A program made the translations under genes and the position numbers. Below the pieces are notes generated by a model. The model worked only from the letters and a program-made list of their open reading frames with translations, did no database searches and was not told where the DNA came from. DNA of 64,000 bases from Torpedo marmorata (Eukaryota), in NCBI GenBank assembly GCA_977017645.1, contig OZ360237.1:30380001-30444000 (forward strand), in the 5' to 3' direction. Below are positions 59,938 to 64,000 of this stretch, piece after piece. Numbering within the stretch: position 1 is the stretch's first letter; each line of letters starts with the position of its first letter.

Positions 59938-61329
59938 AAGAAATAAGTTCACCTTGAATCTAAAACCTAAAACTATAATTGAGCATTTTAGCAAGGTTCA
60001 GGAAAAAGACTAAGCCAGGAAAAAAGGCAAGACATGGGAGTAAGTGAGAATAATATCCCTATGGATGCAAGAGGCCCTAAATGAAAACAGTGTGTTTTCA
60101 TAAACGAAAAAAGGCAAAGTACGCAGTTCCTTTCCACTGCCAAATTACACATGGACTTCAGACCTTAGCCACATTTGCCATTTTATCTACAGCTTGTGGA
60201 ATTAGTCTGTGATGCGTGAGAGGTGGAGATAGAGGAAGACAAGTCCATATATCAAACTTAAACCTTTTGTGCAAGCCTTAAAAAAGAAATGATGGTCTCT
60301 GAGAACACAGGTTAATGTACTCGTCGCTTAATTTCTGATCCATCCAATTGATACAAGCACTCTAATTGGAACCAATGGCGTTTTATCTATTATCTAATTT
60401 TTAGATCTCTTTCGATTTAAAGTCAAAAACACAAACACTCCATAAATTAAATGGTATCATAAGCTGTGTCTTTCTCCAATCATTGGCTCTAAAATTCTGA
60501 AGTGAATTATTTATAGAATATTCATGTTATAAATATGACAGAATTTCTTCTTTCATCATAGGTTTTATCTGTGTCACTGAAGACTCATTGTAGTCAAAGC
60601 AATGAACTTTTGTAGGTTTATGTATTTTAGAGAAGTATATACAAGAATCTTGTTAAAAGCTATTAAACTACAACACAGTTACCTTGGTTCATTATCTCCC
60701 AAGTTTATTTTGGAATTTCACAATGCATTGTCTAGATCAAAATTATTTAAATTACCCATAGTTTGTTCTTTTTGAGATGCAGGAGACCTCAGATGCAGGA
60801 ATCTAGAGCAAAAAAAACTTCTGGAGGAAATCTGGTAGAGCAACGTCTATTGTGGGGTGGTGGGGGGGGGGGGGGGGGTTGATTGTTGGTGTTTCTGGTT
60901 GAGACCCAGCATGAGGACTGAAAATGGAGAGGGAAGATAGCCAGTATAAAGAGGAGAGGAGGTGAGATGGGCAAGTGGGTGATGTGCATTGAGGAGGGTT
61001 GATGGATGAGAGGCAGGTGAAAGAGGGGGAAGGTGGAGTTAGGAGATAGAGACAGGTGAGTGATTTGTGAAAAGAAAAGGCAGGTAAGGGGATGGGAGGG
61101 TTAAGGTGGAGTTAGCTTCTGGAGGGTGATAAGCAGGGACACAAAGATTATAAATGCTGGAATTTGGCAAGTAAGGAAGATGATAACGGGAGCAGTTTAG
61201 GGAGAGATAAAGGGCAGATGGAACCAGACTCTGGAAGGGATGCAGTGGGTGAATTGCATGGGTAGTGGATGGATGGAACCAGAGACTGGACGGATGTATT
61301 GGAAAGGGAACAGAAACGAACAGACCTAT

Positions 61330-62470
61330 ATTCCCTCCTTCTTCACACCCAGTCCCCTGCAAGGATTCTATTCCTTTCTCTCAATTCCTCCATCTCCGTT
61401 GTGTCTGTTCTCAAGATGAGGTCTTCCAGTCCAGATTATCCGAAATGTCTTCCTTCCAAAAATGTGGCTTCCCTTCCACCTCCATCAGCTCAGCCCTTAC
61501 CCGCAACTCTTCCATTTCCCGCTTATCTGCCCTGGCCTCCTCTGCCCCCAGACGCAACAAACACAGGATTCCTCTTGTCCTCACCTACCACCCCATCAGC
61601 CTGCGCATCCAACACATTGTCCTCCATAATTTCCGTCACCTACAATATGATCCCACCACCAGACATGTCTTCCCCTCTCCTCCCCTCTCTGCCTTCCGTA
61701 GGGACTACTCCCTCCATGACTCCCTCGTCCACTCATTCCTTCCCATTAATCGCCCCTTGGCACCTTCCCCTGCTGCCACACCTCCTCCCTCACCACTATT
61801 CGGGGACCCAAACATTTTTCCAACTGAAGCAACACTTCGCTTGTGTATCCACGGGGGTCATCTACTGCATCCGGTGCTCCGTTGTCGCCTTCTCTACATC
61901 GGAGAGACTGGACGCAGACTGGGAGATCGCTTCATTGAGCTTCTTCACTCTGTCCGCATCAGTGACAGGGATCTGCCAGTTGCCAACCATTTAAATTCTG
62001 TCCATGGCCTCATGTACTGTCATACCAAGACCACCCGTAAGTTGGAGGAGCAACACCTAATTTTCCGTCTGAGCACACGCCAACCGGATGGCATTAACAT
62101 CGACCTCTCCGGTTTCTGCTAGCCTGCTCCCTGTTCTCCCTCTCTTCTCCATCCCTCTGTCTTTCCAACACCTCTCCACCCCCTTCCCTCTCCATTCACA
62201 GAGCCATCCTCCCTCCCCTTGTTTGCTGGTGTGCCCTCCCTCCCTTATCCACCCATTACCTCCTGCCTGTGGGACTGTGCTCCTCCCCCCACCATTTTGT
62301 AGGCACCTGCCTACATTTTGCTCATACCTTGATGAAGGGCTCAAGCCTGAAATGTTGGTTATGTATCGAAATCTTTGCTACATAAAGTACCCTGTTTTAC
62401 CTGCTGAGTTTCTCCAGCATTGTGTTTTTACTTCAATCACGGTGGCTGCAGACTTTCGTGTTTTACTCCT
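61330..62470 (+). mobile_element. 5'-truncated PLE (thumb, GIY-YIG, pLTR), flanked by older antisense PLE pieces (about 60790-61300 and 62490-62920)
   Basis: SSHPVPCKDSIPFSQF, LLYIGETGRRLGDRF, RKLEEQHLIFRL, PDGINID. Hammerhead-like motif at about 62329. Confidence 0.88.
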
Positions 62471-64000
62471 GTATTCCCTCCTCTGTCTCTCTTCCCTTCC
62501 GATCCATCTGCGGTCTTCCCACTTGGAAGACGAGGCGCTGCTCCTCCGACGTGCTTTAGATCTCTTTGTAACAGTGCAGGAGGTCGCAGACCAATGGGAC
62601 AGAGTGGGAGGGGAATGGAGAATTAAAGTGATCGTCGACAGGAAGGTCAGGGTCACCCTAAGAATGAATGTAGGCACTCCACAAAGTATTGAATGCTGTA
62701 CACTAGATTGAAAGAAGTGCACGTGAATTGCTGCTTCATCTAGACAGCCTGTTTGTCTTTCTGGATGATGGGAAAGGAAGAGATTAAAGGCCAAGTGTTG
62801 CATGCCTGTGAATACTAGGAAAGGTGCCGTGAGAGAGGAGGTGGTTGGTGGGAACAGAGACATGGACCAGGGAGTCATGAAGGGAATGGTCCCAGTGAAA
62901 TATTGAAATGAGAGGAGACGGGAAAATGGATTTTCTCTCTAAAAAAAATTTTCAAAATTTGGTTTGCTATTGCCTGTTGTTTGGGCAATAAAAGTGCTTA
63001 ATTGGTTCCAGTACGGCGATGCATTTGTGGTAGGAATTGTGCCAACTGCCACTTGGATGTGACCACTATTGTAGTATATAATTCAAGGAAAATTCTTTCT
63101 TTTATATGTTCTGTGAAAAGAAACTATAAAGCCTTTTGATGTTTACAGTTAAATGATAAATACTGATGGAAGCATTGCTTTTGGCTGATGCAGTGGAAAA
63201 AATGTACCGTATGTTGTAATTAACAGCTGGAGTTAAAGAGCTTTTTTTCATAGGTAACATTGGCAGTTAATTTTTCAATTCCTTCGATGCGTGTCAAATA
63301 ATTAATGGTGAAAGTGGTTTGGGAGTATATTTGTGTAATTGCAGAAATGTACATGACCCATTTACTGGAAAAGATGCCATTACACAAGTATTTTTAATGT
63401 TTTAACACCTGGTGTAGATGTTGAGAATAAATTTTGGATGTGTTTGTTATGGAATATTGATACTTTTTGCGTGTTAATTTCCATGATACTTCTTGAAAAG
63501 GCCAACAGAATACAAGCCCTGTCATTTTAATCTGGTCACATAGGTCGTGCCTCAGTTATGAAAGTTCAATTTATGGACACCTTCATACACGTGATCAAGT
63601 ATTTGGGAGGTTGTCAGGATGGATTTGCCGGCTGCTGTGGGTGTAGGTATCTTCTGTCGGGTGGAAATGGGGCATTACTGCTCACGCTCTCACCTCGCAC
63701 CCCCTTCCCCGTCACCCACCCCATGAGCACCAAATGTTTGGGGCTAGATTGAGCGGAGCAGAGCTGGTAATGCTGAGCAGACTTGCTCGTTCACTGAGTC
63801 AGTAATGCCAGCTGGGTGCTTCCACTTCTGACACTTGCTCACTCCCCTGTCACAGGGGATTCTGTGATCTTCTCCTACACACCGCTTTTGTTCGTTTCCA
63901 ATTCATGAGTACCGGTAGTTCAATTTCTGAACAATTCTCAGGAAAGAAATCCTGTCGTAATCCAGGGACTGCCTGCATCTGCCGTCAATTACAATGTACT

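Noticed and set aside
63544-63752. Possible exon or ORF near the window end
   Set aside because: None of the frames I read resembles BBOX1 or another protein I recognise.

Overview
Vertebrate genomic DNA, probably from a cartilaginous fish (inferred from the V-SINE, CR1, Rex-Babar and Penelope repeat landscape). The only host gene is BBOX1 (gamma-butyrobetaine dioxygenase, + strand). Two coding exons lie at 1954-2331 and 6799-6913, followed by an intron of more than 57 kb that runs off the window and is mostly transposable elements. These include a near-intact L1/Tx1 LINE with TSD, a very young Gmr1-type Gypsy LTR element (integrase upstream of RT), three copies of a second L1 family, a 5.6 kb Penelope-like (PLE) insertion, many PLE-derived hammerhead-bearing fragments, Rex-Babar and CR1 LINEs, V-SINEs and several MITE families. 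Four observations stand out. (1) A modular SINE system: one structured 3' tail is carried by a 5S rRNA head (3 copies), a tRNA-Thr(UGU) head (1 copy) and, in diverged form, a long GC-rich non-coding body. (2) A whole tRNA-Ala is captured at the inversion junction of the PLE insertion. (3) A 242-bp TSD-flanked fold-back mini-PLE turns exactly at its hammerhead core. (4) BBOX1 has a mitochondrial-presequence-like N-terminal extension. All comparisons were made by eye against recalled reference sequences; no database searches were run.
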